The position numbers and the translations under genes were made by a program. This document shows positions 1 through 12,293 of a stretch of DNA of 64,000 nucleotides, one piece after another. This DNA comes from Malacoraja senta (lineage: Eukaryota). Under the pieces are notes generated by a model. The model had not been told where the DNA came from. It did no database searches and worked only from the letters and a program-made list of their open reading frames with translations. Numbering within the stretch: the stretch's first letter is position 1; every line of letters begins with the position of its first letter. The stretch is taken from assembly GCA_038087875.1 (NCBI GenBank), contig CM075993.1:6946001-7010000 (forward strand). The letters run 5' to 3'.

Positions 1-1179
1 CTCCGCCCACAAGTAACAACATGACATACAGTGACAGTTACGAATGACTCAGAAAACACTAAGCATTAATAATACTAAAACATGAATGATAAAACACCAT
101 TGATCAAGCATGTGAACCAACAAAATTAGAGTAAGAGAATTAGACTACTGTCGCATGGAGACAAGCATTTATCTCCGTCAATGCCTAGCATCTTTTTAAT
201 AAGAACAAATTGCATTTATATAATGCCTTTAATGTAGTAAAACATCTTAACAGGAGAATAGCAGATAAATAAGAGTTGACCTAACTATATAAGATCTCAA
301 AGGAGCTGACCAAAAGATTGGTCAAATTGGTTTTATGCACAGAGGTAAAAGATGCAAGAGGTAAATTAATAAGGATATTGAAGAAGAAAATTCCAGGGGA
401 TGGCACTGCTGCCAATGGTGGGTGATAACAATTAGTGTTGCACGGGAAGGTAGGTCTGCAGGAACACAGAGATCCTCGAGGCTTGGGATAAATACAACAA
501 AAGTAACTTCACACAAAAGTTTGCAATTGCAAAACTGAAAAGGCTCGATGACAGCTTTTCAGTTAAAATTACTTACAACAGGAGACTTGCAGCACATCCA
601 TTATAATGCTCTTTATTTCTCATTCTTGTTTTTAATTCATTTACATTTCACAAAACATTTACGTACGTAGTTTCTGCAAAGCTTGGTTGTAATTTAATAT
701 AGTTATAAGGGATTCAATTTCTCTGAAGTGTCTGACGCATGCATGATATACTACAGCTATTTTTAAATTGATGTTACAGGTTTTCACCTATTGTTAAAAG
801 TGAAGCTCATTCTCACGATCTGTGGTCACGACCAGTGAAGTAATAGTTGCAAGGAATTAAATGGTAATAAACATAGTGGGAAGCATCAGGGCTGCACTCA
901 ATTCTGAAGTCGTTGTAAAAGCATCTGTGAGACCATTTGATAATACTTTAATGCAACAGAGAGACTTACATTAATAAAGCATCTTTTAAAACTTAAGGAT
1001 GTCCCAAACTACTCTGAAGCAAATGAAGTACTTCTTGAAAGTCAGCAGGTGAGGCAGCATCTATGGAGCGAAGGAATAGGTGACGTCACCATTATATTCA
1101 AAGACCTGTGGTAACTAATTTGCACATGGCAAGGTTACACCAACCATAATGTGCCAAAAGCCCGTTAATCTAATTTGGT

Positions 1180-1362
1180 GTAGGAAGGAACTGTAGATGC
1201 TGGTTTACACCAAAGGTGGATACAAAATGCTGGAGTAGCTCAGCGGGGCAGGCAGCATCTTTGGAAAAAAGGAATAGGTGACTTTTCAGGTCGAGACCCT
1301 TCTTCAGATGAAGAGTCAGGGGATAGGGTAACTAGAGGTATGAAAAGATACAGAACAGATCT
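1180..1362. mobile_element. Penelope-associated short repeat (GGAACTGCAGATGCTGG family)
   Basis: Same sequence family as 17059-17184, 42928-43162 and 62262-62345; includes GTCGAGACCCTTCTTCAG. Boundaries approximate. Confidence 0.6.
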
Positions 1363-1632
1363 GACTGAAACTCGAATTAAGGATTAGATGAAAAGTTATA
1401 TTTTAAAATTTACGAATTTATCTCCAATGTTGTACTTTTAGTAATTTACTCTTCTTCTTTATCATGGTTTTTTTTCCCTTCTTTCTTTTATTCTCTTATT
1501 TTCTACCTATATAAAAAAAATAAAAAAATACTAGAAGCAGAGTTAATATCAATCGATAATATTAGTAATGTAGGAATGAAATGTTTTCAATATAATATGT
1601 ACCTGCCTCTAATAAAAATATTATTAAAAAAA
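1363..1632 (+). mobile_element. Probable L1-type 3' UTR fragment with polyA signal and short A tail
   Basis: AT-rich stretch ending CTCTAATAAAAATATTATTAAAAAAA, similar in style to the 3' end of the L1 at 49182. It interrupts the preceding short repeat. Confidence 0.4.
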
Positions 1633-2927
1633 GAGGTGGCACCGATGACTAAAGAGCCCACAATGGTTTTGGTGAAGGGGTAAATGTTGGTAAACATTGC
1701 AAGTGTTTTAGTATTTAGTTTGAGAAGGAAAATAGTTCTTGATTTAAAGAGTCAATCTCTAAATGAGTAATACAGTAATTTCTGATTTTGTGTCCAGATT
1801 TTGGATGTACAAACTTAAAAGACATTCAGATTTAGGGCCATCAGTGCCATAAAGTGAGTTGCATCTGCTCAATATTAAACAAAGGCTTGCTTCAGGTAGC
1901 ATACAACCAATGTGAATGCTACATAACTCGTTCATCATGAATGTGTATGTGTATAACTCCAAATGTTGTTTTCCAAATACAAGGAACATTTTCTAAATTA
2001 GCAACGGACAAAACATCCTTTCAGCATGAAATGTCGTCGTTCATTTCCATTAACCACAGTATAAATATAATATCTTCAAACAGATTTTCAAAAAGCATTC
2101 ACTGAGGTGATGTTTATGAGGTATTATGTAGCTGTGCTGTGGCGACATTTTGTAAGCAGTAGAACAGGTCAGGATCAAATATAGCAGCTTTGAACTTCTA
2201 CAGTTAAAAGAAACAGCACAAATCAGTAGCAGGCTGCTCGTCCATTTAAATGGATTAGGGCTATTGTGATCTACCGACGGCAAAAGAGTTACTGATGGCA
2301 AGGGAAACAACATCCTCAACCTTGTGGTAGATCACACATACAGTGATTACAGTGCCTGAAAATGCTGGGAGTGGCCTCCATTGTCCCCGGAAATGTGGTT
2401 AGCGGGACAGCCTACAAGTAAGATTGTTGTATTTTCAAAGACCTTACATAAATATACCAAAGATTTCCCTTTCATAAAAACAGGCTGACTATAGTTTAAA
2501 AAAGACACAAAGCGCTGGAGTAACTCAACGAGTCAGGCTAACCTAGAGAACATGGATAGGCGATGTTTCAAGTTGTTATCCAAAGAATTTGTCATCCTTA
2601 AATCTCAACACCTTACCTTGTACCATTTCTATAGTAATGTTAACTGATTCCTCCCTTCATTTTGCTTCTTCGTTTCCTGTTAATTGTGGGATGCTTCCAA
2701 TGTCTTCCATTTTGAATGAAGACACAAAAGGTTTGTCAGTCTAAACCTTTTGACTGGTTTACTTTCCTTATTTTCTTTATCAAGTTGAGTTTACTTGATC
2801 CTTACTTTTTTTATGAAGTTGAGTTTATTGCCATAAGCACAAATAGGTGCAGGTGCAATGAATATTGTGCTTGAGCAACTTCACAGGCACATAGATTCAG
2901 ACAAACTTGTAGTAGGCCTACAAACTT

Positions 2928-3321
2928 GTAGTAGCCCCCTCGGTCATGACTGACCATGGGTGATGCATCCTAGTTTGCAGGTGATGTGTGCTCGGATGCA
3001 AGCCTGGGCGATGTCATATGGAGGACAGGCTGTTGCCCATGCAGCGTGTTCTCCCTCTCCACGTCGCTGATCGATCCAAAGGAACAGCAGGGCCGTCGCA
3101 GGAACTGCCTTAAGGGCACCGACTCCGGATTTTCTTGAGGTTTACTCCTGGAGCCTTTTCCATGACTGGATATGGCCACAAGGCAGTGCAGGTTTTAAAT
3201 CAGAGTTTTCCCTCTCCTAGGTGGACTGCCTTCCCAGGCTGACGAGCCCCATCTGCCCGAGACTCGTGGGGGCGGGAGCGTCTACTTTCCTGTGCAGGTC
3301 TATAGCACCTGCCCACTGCCC
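2928..3321 (-). mobile_element. RTE-related short non-autonomous retroelement
   Basis: Minus strand contains GGGCAGATGGGGCTCGTCAGCCTGGGAAGGCAG...GAGGGAAAACTCTGATT, which I recall as typical of vertebrate RTE 5' regions, and ends in a short (CTA)n tail. Family assignment is from memory. Confidence 0.5.
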
Positions 3322-3434
3322 AAATACACAAACATAAATTATATATAAATTATACAAAGTTTCTAAAAGAAGACAGTGCAAAAAAAAAAAAGATATTGGC
3401 GCAAAACAAAATTAGAAAACAGTAGCTATCCCCT

Positions 3435-3815
3435 AAGATACAAGATACAAGATACATTTATTGTCACATGTGCCAGTTGGCACAGTGAAATGTGTGATCA
3501 CCATACAGCCATACAATAAAAATAAAGAACACAACACACGATAGAGTTCAACATAAAACATCCCCACGCAGCAGAATCAAAGTTAGCCACTGTGAGGGAA
3601 GGCACCAAAGTCAGTCATCTTCCTCTAATGTTCCCCAATGTTCACCCGTGGTCGGGGCCTCCCCGAGCCCACCGCAGTCACCGCTACGGGCGGCCCGATG
3701 TTCAGGCCCGCTCGCCGGGGTGATGTAAGTCCGACATCGGGGCTGGGGGACCTCAGCGGCCTGGACATCAGAGTCGGCCACCTCCTACCGGAGTCCGCGG
3801 CTCCCAAAGTCCGCA
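3435..3815 (-). mobile_element. 5'-truncated non-LTR retroelement 3' end with (TATCTTG)n tail
   Basis: (CAAGATA)n run followed by TTTATTGTCAC on plus (AATAAA plus microsatellite tail on minus), then a GC-rich body related to 4420-4730 and 31350-31975. Confidence 0.5.
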
Positions 3816-4161
3816 AGAAGCAAGATACTTCTACAAAGTACTAGTAATATTGACAATTCTAATGTTTAAAGGATAAACTTTGTGACAACCTTTCATTGGG
3901 ACAAGACATTCCACGTTTGCCATTGAGGTAAATCGTATGGATGCATTTAAAGTTAGCAAAATGAGTACATTCGAGGGAAAATAATATATTGATGTGGTGG
4001 AAGGAAGCAAACAGGGCAAGTGAAAACAGGGTTAAGCAGAGGGCAAACATATGAATGTTCTATGCTATACAATCTATGTAAAAAAAGAAAAAAGTACTAA
4101 AGTCTCTCCTCAGTATATTAATAACTGAGTACATATCACGTCATGCAAAATCTGGGCTGAC

Positions 4162-4730
4162 ATAATAATAATAATAATAATACATTTTATTTATGGGCGC
4201 CTTTCAAATCTCAAGGACACAGATTTTAAAGTAAATGGAATGAAATCAATAGTAAAGACATCACAAGTACACAAATTAAAACAGAATTTTTAAAAATCAC
4301 AAAAATCAAAAACACAGTATGGAAGAGAGAGCAGCGGCTGCTAATACGCGCCTGCGTCCACTCCCCCTTCTGGCAGCCATCTTGGACACAAAGTAAAACA
4401 ATCAATTAACATTTAACATTTACACACAAAAATCATCCCCCCACAATGATTACCACTGTGGGGGAAGGCACAATGTCCAGTCCCCAACCCCAGTTCTCCC
4501 AAAGACGGCATATTGAGGCCTCCACAGTTGCCTCTACGGAGGCCCGATGTTCCTGGCCGTTCTCGCCGGGTGCAGTTGTCCCGGCGTCGGGAGAGTCCTC
4601 GCAGCGGCTGGGACGGCTGGAACGGCCGATCTCCTATTGGAGTCCGTGGCTTCCGAAGCCGACAAGGCCGCGCCGATTTGGAGCTCAGAGGCTCCCGATG
4701 TTGGAGTCGGCGCCACCGCCCGTCACTGTA
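4162..4730 (-). mobile_element. Non-LTR retroelement 3' fragments with (TTA)n tail
   Basis: (TAA)n followed by TTTTATTTAT on plus; GC-rich body related to 3435-3815. Boundaries approximate. Confidence 0.45.
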
Positions 4731-5388
4731 GTACTGGGGATGCTGCATTATCGTAAGCGCTGCCATTTAGATGAGGTTTTAAATGCATCTTTGGGTCTTG
4801 GACACTCCTTTATGTCTTGTATAGTAGAATTTATACAAAAACAGTAATTTCTTTCACACACATGGCTGTTAACTCAGTGGTGTCAACAGGCTCATTTGAT
4901 CCTCATGATCTTTAACTGGCATTTAGCAAATCCTAACTTACAGGATGAACCTCAGAAAATAGCAGCTGAGTTGAAGAGAAAAGAAAAGTGGAATATTTAC
5001 TTTCATTCATTGAGTTACTTTGCAGAAGTCATTTTATTATCTTCATTTCTGCAAAAACTAAGCTAGCACTTCACATATTTGTTTAAAATATTGAAAGCAT
5101 GCCTATGAGGAATTTTATCTTAGCTTCTATGTTTTCCTTCTCGGTGCACATTCCTTCGTGCTCGGTAGTTCATTGCTGCAATCCAAGGTTTGGTTTACTC
5201 AGTTTTGTTTGGGTCTCGGATTGGGTGCGTAGACTCCAAACCCAAGAGTAGCCAGAAGGTGGGAGAGGCCAAGATGGAGGCCAGTGAACTTTGAAATGGC
5301 GAAGACCAGAGACCCCAAAAGTGAAAGCAGTTTGGATGACCCCGCACATTACAATAAATATTGTAGAATCTGTTATATGACATATGTT

Positions 5389-5835
5389 ATATGAGAGAAT
5401 GAAGCAGCTGGGCTTGTACACTCTGGAGTTTAGGAGGATGAGAGGGTATCTCATTGAAACATATAAGATTCTTAAGGGCTTGGACACGCTAGAGGCAGGA
5501 AACATGTTCCCGATGTTGGGGGAGTCCAGAACCAGGGGCCACAGTTTAAGAATAAGGAGTAAGCCATTTAGAATGGAGATGAGGAAACGCTTTATCTCAG
5601 AGAGAGTGGTGAGTCTGTGGAATTCTCTGCCTCAGAGGGCGGTGGAGGCAGGTTCTCTGGATGCTTTCAAGAGAGAGCTAGATAGGGCTCTTAAAAATAA
5701 CAGAGTCAGGGGATATGGGGAGAAGGCAGGAACGGGGTACTGATTGGGGATGATCAGCCATGATCACCTTGAATGGCGGTGCTGGCTCGAAGGGCCAAAT
5801 GGCCTACTCCTGCACCTATTGTCTATTGTCTATTG
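5389..5835 (+). mobile_element. CR1 LINE 3' fragment
   Basis: [16 protein letters not shown]...RTRGHSLRI...RVVSLWNSLP (CR1 ORF2 C-terminus), conserved 3' UTR and (TATTGTC)n tail. Confidence 0.9.
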
Positions 5836-6047
5836 ACATGAAGTTTCAGTTTAAATTTTATTGCAGGATTATTTACACATAGACAAGCCATGAGGGAACA
5901 TTTTCATATATTATCAAAGTCTGTTCATGGTAACTAAGATAGTACAAGACACAGGAATAGATGATATTTCAAAGGAAACAACACTTTTTTAAACTAGTGA
6001 CAGAGTTCCAAACAATATCGTGGTCTTTCCTTTGTATTAAATTATAT

Positions 6048-6190
6048 CTCTTCTTCTTCTTGCGTATGGCGTGCACAGCCTAAAGTTGTAGGACAACTTG
6101 TTCTATTTGATCTTACTTGATTGTGCACGCCAGGTTGATTGCATTCGTCGAAACAGGGCGGACCACGTGAAGGTTGCAATCTCCCACCTC
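6048..6190 (-). mobile_element. ~140-bp retroposon with 5' HDV-like ribozyme and (AAG)n tail, copy A
   Basis: Near-identical to copies at 15368, 17860 and 41446. TSD ATTAAATTA(T/C)AT at 6036-6047 and 6191-6202. Confidence 0.85.
6138..6190 (-). ncRNA. Minimal HDV-like ribozyme, copy A (one P1 mismatch)
   Basis: GAGGTGG-GAG-ATTGCA-ACC-TTCACGT-GGT-CCGCCCT-GTTTCGA-CGAA-TGCAAT; putative catalytic C at 6147. Confidence 0.65.
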
Positions 6191-7149
6191 ATTAAATTAC
6201 ATGATACCCCAATTTAATAAAAATGTATCCATCTCAGTCTTAATGCTGTCTTTAGAGGAAGTTGTGGTGTTTAAAATTCCAGCCTTGTTTAAAGAAAGAA
6301 TATTCAGGTTTGCAACAATCAAATAAATTAGATACCAGAGGATGATTGATGAGTTACAAATGCAAAATAATGAATTGCCAGGCTTTTGTGCACCAGGTGA
6401 ATAGATTATGATAGCACAATTTGTAGGAGAGAGTGAGATATCACTTGACATGTGGCTTTTTTCCCCCCAAGCAAGAGAAATAACGACCTGTCAAATTGCT
6501 GTGACAATCATAAAATTTACAAACTCTGAGTAACCCTTGTGGACAAATTATGTCACCTTAAAGTAATCATCAGCTGATTTCCAAACACCGAGGGCAGCCT
6601 CTGTCAAGTCTTAATCGCTTGGCATAAAGTTCACGCTATTGGATATTTTTAAAATTACTGTCACATCTCTCAACAAACAAGATATTGTAATGTTTTCTGC
6701 TTTGTTTTCAGTTTGATATGCTTATAAATTTCACTTTTGAGGAAATGATTACATCCTTTCACTAACTATATGCACTTTTATATGCAGCTACAAAAAGCAC
6801 ATTGCAATTAACAATAAGCTTTGAACTATCATTATAAACTTTTGATATGTACATAGTGCATTTATAAAATGATCGTATTTACTTTATATTCTTCCTAGGA
6901 AGAGGCGAGGCAGGAGCTAGCATGCAACAGATGAATCCAGGAGGGGTTGATGAGTGATGGCCACCCATCCCTTTCTCTCTCCATTTCTGCTGCATCTGCT
7001 CTCAAGATGAAGCTTTCCATTCCTGGACACTCCTGGTTCAGGAAGCATGGCCTTCCCACCAGTGTGGTTGATGGAGCCCTGTAGATTGTTGGATCCAGTC
7101 CCAGAAATTGGCTGGTTCAGAAGGTCAAGAGACCAGGGCTTTGAAGCAT

Positions 7150-8100
7150 GTTGGCAAGCTGGATCTAAAATTAGCTTGGTGTAGCAGGCAAAAAGTAATG
7201 GTGCATGGATTATTTTCTGAATGGAAGTCTAGAACAAGTGGTGTACTACTGGGATCAGTGCTCGGACCATTGTTGTTTGTAAAATATATATAAATGACAT
7301 GGACAAAATGTATGTCCAATAGATTTGGAGGTTTGCAGATGACACGAAAATTGGGGAAAGTCATAAACAGATCGCCTGAAAATACGTTCAAAAAGAAACT
7401 GCAGATGCTGGAGAATCGAAGGTAGACAAAAGTGCTGGAGAAACTCAGCGGGTGCGGCAGCATCTATGGAGCGAAGGAAATAGGCAACGTTTCGGCCCGA
7501 AACCCTTCGGGTTTCGACCCGAAACGTTGCCTATTTCCTCTGGGTTTCGGCCCGAAACGTTGCCTATTTCCTTCGCTCCATAGATGCTGCCGCACCCGCT
7601 GAGTTTCTCCAGCACTTTTGCCTACCTTCGCCTGAAAATACTGCAGGACAAAGATCACTGGAAAAGTTGGGCAGAGGGATGGCAAATAGAATTTAATCCA
7701 GAAAAGTGTGCGGTAATGCATTTGGGTAAGTTGAATTGCAGGACATAAAGTAAATAGCAGGGAACTTGGGAGCATCAATGTACCTGTCGACAAGTCCATT
7801 GTTCCTAGAAAATGGCAACTCAGATGCATTGGGGCATACGGATAAGATAAATAAATAATCTCTCAGGGCAGGGAAGTCTAGAACTAGAGGACACACATTT
7901 AAGGTGAGAGGGGAAAAACTTAATCTATATGGAACGAACTGCCAGAGGAAGTTGGTAGAGCCGGATACAATTAAACATTTAAAAGACATTTGGACAGGTA
8001 CTTGGATAGGAAAGATATAGAGGGATTTGGGCCAAATGCAGACAAATAGGATTAGTGAAGATAGATATCACAGTCACCATGGATGAAGTGAGCCCAGAGG
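7150..8100 (+). mobile_element. Old degraded CR1 (RT region), interrupted by an insertion at 7386-7627
   Basis: Remnant translation SGVLLGSVLGPLLF, FADDTK-like codons, TRGHTFKVRG. Boundaries approximate. Confidence 0.7.
7386..7627. mobile_element. Inverted (hairpin) dimer of Penelope-associated short repeat
   Basis: Arms 7427-7500 and 7550-7630 are reverse complements; 14-bp TSD TCGCCTGAAAATAC at 7372-7385 and 7628-7641. Confidence 0.75.
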
Positions 8101-8186
8101 AATTAAATAAGGTGCTTGGTTCATAAACAGGTCGTCCCGTCCAGCTACTCCATGCGGTTGGGCAGAAAGCTCCTTGAATGGATATA

Positions 8187-9805
8187 CAGTGGCTTGCAAA
8201 AGTTTTCATACCTCTTGAACTTTTCCACATTTTGTCACGTTACAACCACAAACGTAAATGTATTTTATTGGGATTTTATGTGATAGACCAACGCAAAGTG
8301 GTGCATAATTGTGAAGTGGAAGGAAAATGATACATGGTTCTCAAATTTTTTTACAATTTAATAAACTGAAAAGTGTCACGTGCAAAAGTATTCAGCCCCC
8401 CTGAGTCAATACTTTGTAGAACCACCTTTCGCTGCAATTACAGCTGCAAGTCTTTTGGGGTATGTCTCTACCAGCTTTGCACATCTAGAGACTGACATTT
8501 TTGCCCATTCTTCTTTGCAAAATAGCTCAAGCTCAGTCAGATTGGATGGAGAGCGTCTGTGAACAGCAATTTTCAAGTCTTGCCAGAGATTCTCAATTGG
8601 ATTTAGGTCTGGACTTTGACTGGGCCATTCTAACACATGAATATGCTTTGATCTAAACCATTCCATTGTAGCTCTGGCTGTATGTTTAGGGTCGTTGTCC
8701 TGCTGGAAGGTGAACCTCCGCCCCAGTCTCAAGTCTTTTGCAGACTCTAACAGGTTTTCTTCCAAGATTGCCCTGTATTTGGCTCCATCCATCTTCCCAT
8801 CAACTCTGACCAGCTTCCCTGTCCCTGCTGAAGAAAAGCATCCCCACAGCATGATGCTGCCACCACCATGTTTCACAGTGGGGATGGTGTGTTCAGGGTG
8901 ATGTGCAATGTTAGGTTTCCGCCACACATAGCGTTTTGCATTTAGGCCAAAAACTTCAATTTTGGTCTCATCTGACCAGAGCACCTTCCTCCACATGTTT
9001 GCTGTGTCCCCCACATGGCTTGTGGCAAACTGCAAATGGGACTTCTTATGGCTTTTTTCCCAACAATGGCTTTCTTCTTGCCACTCTTCCATAAAGGCCC
9101 GATTTGTGGAGTGCACGACTAATAGTTGTCCTGTGGACAGATTCTCCCACCTGAGCTGTGGATCTCTGCAGCTCCTCCAGAGTTTCCATGGGCCTCTTGA
9201 CTGCTTCTCTGATCAATGCTCTCCTTGCCCGGCCTGTCAGTTTAGGTGGACGGCCATGTCTTGGTAGGTTTGCAGTTGTGCCATACTCTTTCCATTTTCG
9301 GATGATGCATTGAACAGTGCTCCGTGAGATGTTCAAAGCTTGGTATATTTGTTTATAACCTAACCCTGCTTTAAACTTCTCCACAACTTTATCCCTGACC
9401 TGTCTGGTGTGTTCCTTGGGCTTCATGATGCTGTTTGTTCACTAATGTTCTCTAACAAACCTCTGAGGCCTTCACAGAACAGCTGTATTTATACTCAGAT
9501 TAGATTACACACAAGTGGACTCTATTTACTAATTAGGTGACTTCTGAAGGCAATTGGTTGCACTGGATTTTATTTAGGGGTATCAGAGTAAAGGGGGCTG
9601 AATACTTTTGCACGCGACACTTTTCAGTTTTTTATTTGTAAAAATATTTGAAAACCATGTATCATTTTCCTTCCACTTCACAATTATGCGCCACTTTGTG
9701 TTGGTCTATCACATAAAATCCCAATAAAATACATTTACGTTTGTGGTTGTAACATGACAAAATGTGGAAAAGTTCAAGGGGTATGAATACTTTTGCAAGC
9801 CACTG
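8187..9805 (-). mobile_element. Full-length Tc1/mariner DNA transposon (DD34E, long IR/DR-type TIRs)
   Basis: Starts CAGTGGCTTGCAAAAG and ends CTTTTGCAAGCCACTG; TA on both sides (8185-8186, 9806-9807); ~215-bp TIRs with outer and inner TGCAAAAGT(A/T)TTCA repeats. Confidence 0.97.
8406..9426 (-). pseudogene. Tc1 transposase with one frameshift near 9055
   Basis: Paired-like HTH and GRPPKL in ORF 9046-9426; [14 protein letters not shown] and SPDLNPIE in ORF 8406-9116, with 34 residues between the second D and the E. Confidence 0.95.
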
Positions 9806-9833
9806 TACATGCTCCATTTATGCTCCATTCAAA

Positions 9834-9935
9834 GGTACACAAAAATGCTGGAGAAACTCAGCGGGTGCAGCAGCATCTATGGAGCAAAGGAAATAGGCAA
9901 CGTTTCAGGCCGAAACCCTTCTTCAGACTGATGAG
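9834..9935. mobile_element. Penelope-associated short repeat, monomer
   Basis: 14-bp TSD ATGCTCCATTCAAA at 9820-9833 and 9936-9949. Confidence 0.75.
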
Positions 9936-10778
9936 ATGCTCCATTCAAACTCTGTTCTCTCTTTTCCCAGCCAAACCTACTAACAAACAAGGAATGGTCC
10001 GGTATTGAAGAGGGAAAGGTGAATGCAAAGGAGAAACCTAAACAGTCAGTACAGTAATGTAAATCTAGGGCACATCAGAAGAATATCATCAACTATATAT
10101 TATGTATTGATATCAACTATGCTAAACTTGCAAAGTATGACAGACAAAAAGTTGATCTTATTTCAGAATTGAAATTGGATTCATTCAAAATTGCTGACTA
10201 ATTTACACTAAAGCCATTTTTAAAAATCCAACTACATGAATAGTTAATTTACAGATGATGAATACACTCATTTTAATCAATTTTACATTGTTTGCTGAAT
10301 GACATTTGAGTTAATGTCAAAAATAATGGTGCGATTATTCATTACCTTAAATGTTTGCTATCAGAATATTTGCATTCCTGTGACCTTCCAAATATAAAGA
10401 TTATTTTATTTCTGTGCATTATTTGCATTGTTACAATTTAATATGATTAATTTCAGCTGAAACAAAAGACCCAAAGATATGTGGTTCAAATAAAACATAT
10501 ATTATCCAAATTCTACATTGGATCTTCAATTAGGTAAATGACAAGACTGGAAAATGAATACCAAAAGAAGTGACTTTAATTAGATTTCTATAACCAGTGC
10601 AACACGCAAGAACTGTATTTACAAAGGCAATGTTAGTGGTCGAATGCAAACTGAATCAATATTCTACTGTCCTCATGGTAATAAATGAAATATTCCAGAG
10701 CATTTCTGAGCTTTGCTCTTATCATTCTCACATCTGAATGGATGACTTAGAATGGATGACTTAATAGCCATTCTGATA

Positions 10779-11296
10779 GGCGGCACGGTGACTCAGCGGT
10801 AGAGTTGCTGCCTTCCAGGGCTTGCAGCGCCGGAGACCCGAGTTCAATCCCGACTACGGGTGCTGTCTATACGGAGTTTGTACGTTCTCCCCGTGACCTG
10901 TGTGGGTTTTCTCCGAGATCTTCGGTTTCCTCCCACACTCCAAAGACGTACGGGTTTGTAGGTTGACACAAAATGCTGGAGTAACTCAACGGGTGAGGCA
11001 GCATCTCTGGAGAGAAGGAATGGGCGATGTTTCGGGTCGAGACATCACCTATTCCTTCTCTCCAGAGGTGCTGCCTCACCCGCTGAGTCACGCCAGCATT
11101 TTGTGTCTAGCTTCGATTTTAACCAGCATCTGTAATTCTTTCTTACACAGGTTTGTAGGTTAATTGGCTGGGTGTATGTGTAAAATTGTCCCTGGTGTGT
11201 GTATGACAGGTTTAGTGTGCGGGGATCGCTGGTCGGCGTGGAGTCAGTGGGCTGAAGGGCCTGTTTCCGCGCTCTATCTCTAAACTAAAAACTAAA
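10779..11296 (+). mobile_element. tRNA-derived V-SINE (HE1-like) with nested insertion
   Basis: A/B-box-like head, V-domain GGAGTTTGTACGTTCTCCCCGTG...TTCCTCCCACACTCCAAAGAC, CR1-like tail ending (CTAAA)n. Confidence 0.85.
10965..11149. mobile_element. Inverted dimer of Penelope-associated short repeat nested in V-SINE
   Basis: Palindromic arms centred near 11040; 12-bp TSD GGTTTGTAGGTT at 10953-10964 and 11150-11161. Confidence 0.75.
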
Positions 11297-11606
11297 GTTC
11301 CACTCTGATCAATGACACATTATTTTTATTTTGCATTGTAAAAAAATATTTGTGTTGTTTCCCGAGTCAGCAGGTTTTGGGTTTGAGTCCCATTCCAGAG
11401 ATTGATTGATTGATACAGCGTTGAAACAGGCCCAAGCCAACACCAACCATCGATCATCCGTTAATACTAGTCGTATCTTATCCCACTTTCTCATCCACTC
11501 CCTTCATGCTAGGGGGGATTTACAGAGATCAATTAACCTACAAACCCACAAGTCTTTGGGATTTGAGAATGGAATCTCGCTGATACTCCACCACAGCACA
11601 AAGGTC

Positions 11607-12293
11607 TATGAAAGTAAGCATGCAGGTACAGCAGGCAGTGAAGAAAGCGAATGGCATGTTGGCCTTTATAACAAGAGGAATCGAATATAGGAGCAAAGAG
11701 GTCCTTCTGCAGTTGTACAGAGCCCTAGTGAGATCACACCTAGAGTATTGTGTGCAGTTTTGGTCCCCTAATTTGAGGAAGGACATTCTTGCTATTGAGG
11801 GAGTGCAGCGTAGGTTTACAAGGTTAATTCCCGGGATGGCGGGACTGTCATATGCTGAGAGAATGGAGCAGCTGGGCTTGTACACTCTTGAGTTTAGAAG
11901 GGATGAGAGGGGATCTCATTGAAACATATAAGATTGTTAAGGGCTTGGACACACTAGAGGCAGGAAACATGTTCCCGATGTTGGGGGAGTGCAGAACCAG
12001 GGGCCACAGTTTAAGAATAAGGAGTAAGCCATTTAGAACGGAGACGAGGAAACACTTTTTCTCACAGAGAGTGGTCAGTCTGTGGAATTCTCTGCCTCAG
12101 AGGGCGGTGGAGGCAGGTTCTCTGGATGCTTTCAAGAGAGAGCTAGATAGGGCTCTTAAAAATAGCGGAGTCAGGGGATATGGGGAGAAGGCATGTACGG
12201 GGTACTGATTGGGGATGATCAGCCATGATCACATTGAATGGCGGTGCTGGCTCGAAGGGCCAAATGGCCTACTCCTGCACCTATTGTCTATTG
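11607..12293 (+). mobile_element. CR1 LINE 3' fragment (frameshifted)
   Basis: ORFs [29 protein letters not shown] and [18 protein letters not shown]1 3' UTR. Confidence 0.92.

Noticed and set aside
2928..3321. Possible HDV-like ribozyme at the 5' end of the RTE-like element (GGGCAGT could pair with ACTGCCT)
   Set aside because: No P3/L3 or J4/2 arrangement could be placed around the pairing; it looks like a simple long-range stem.
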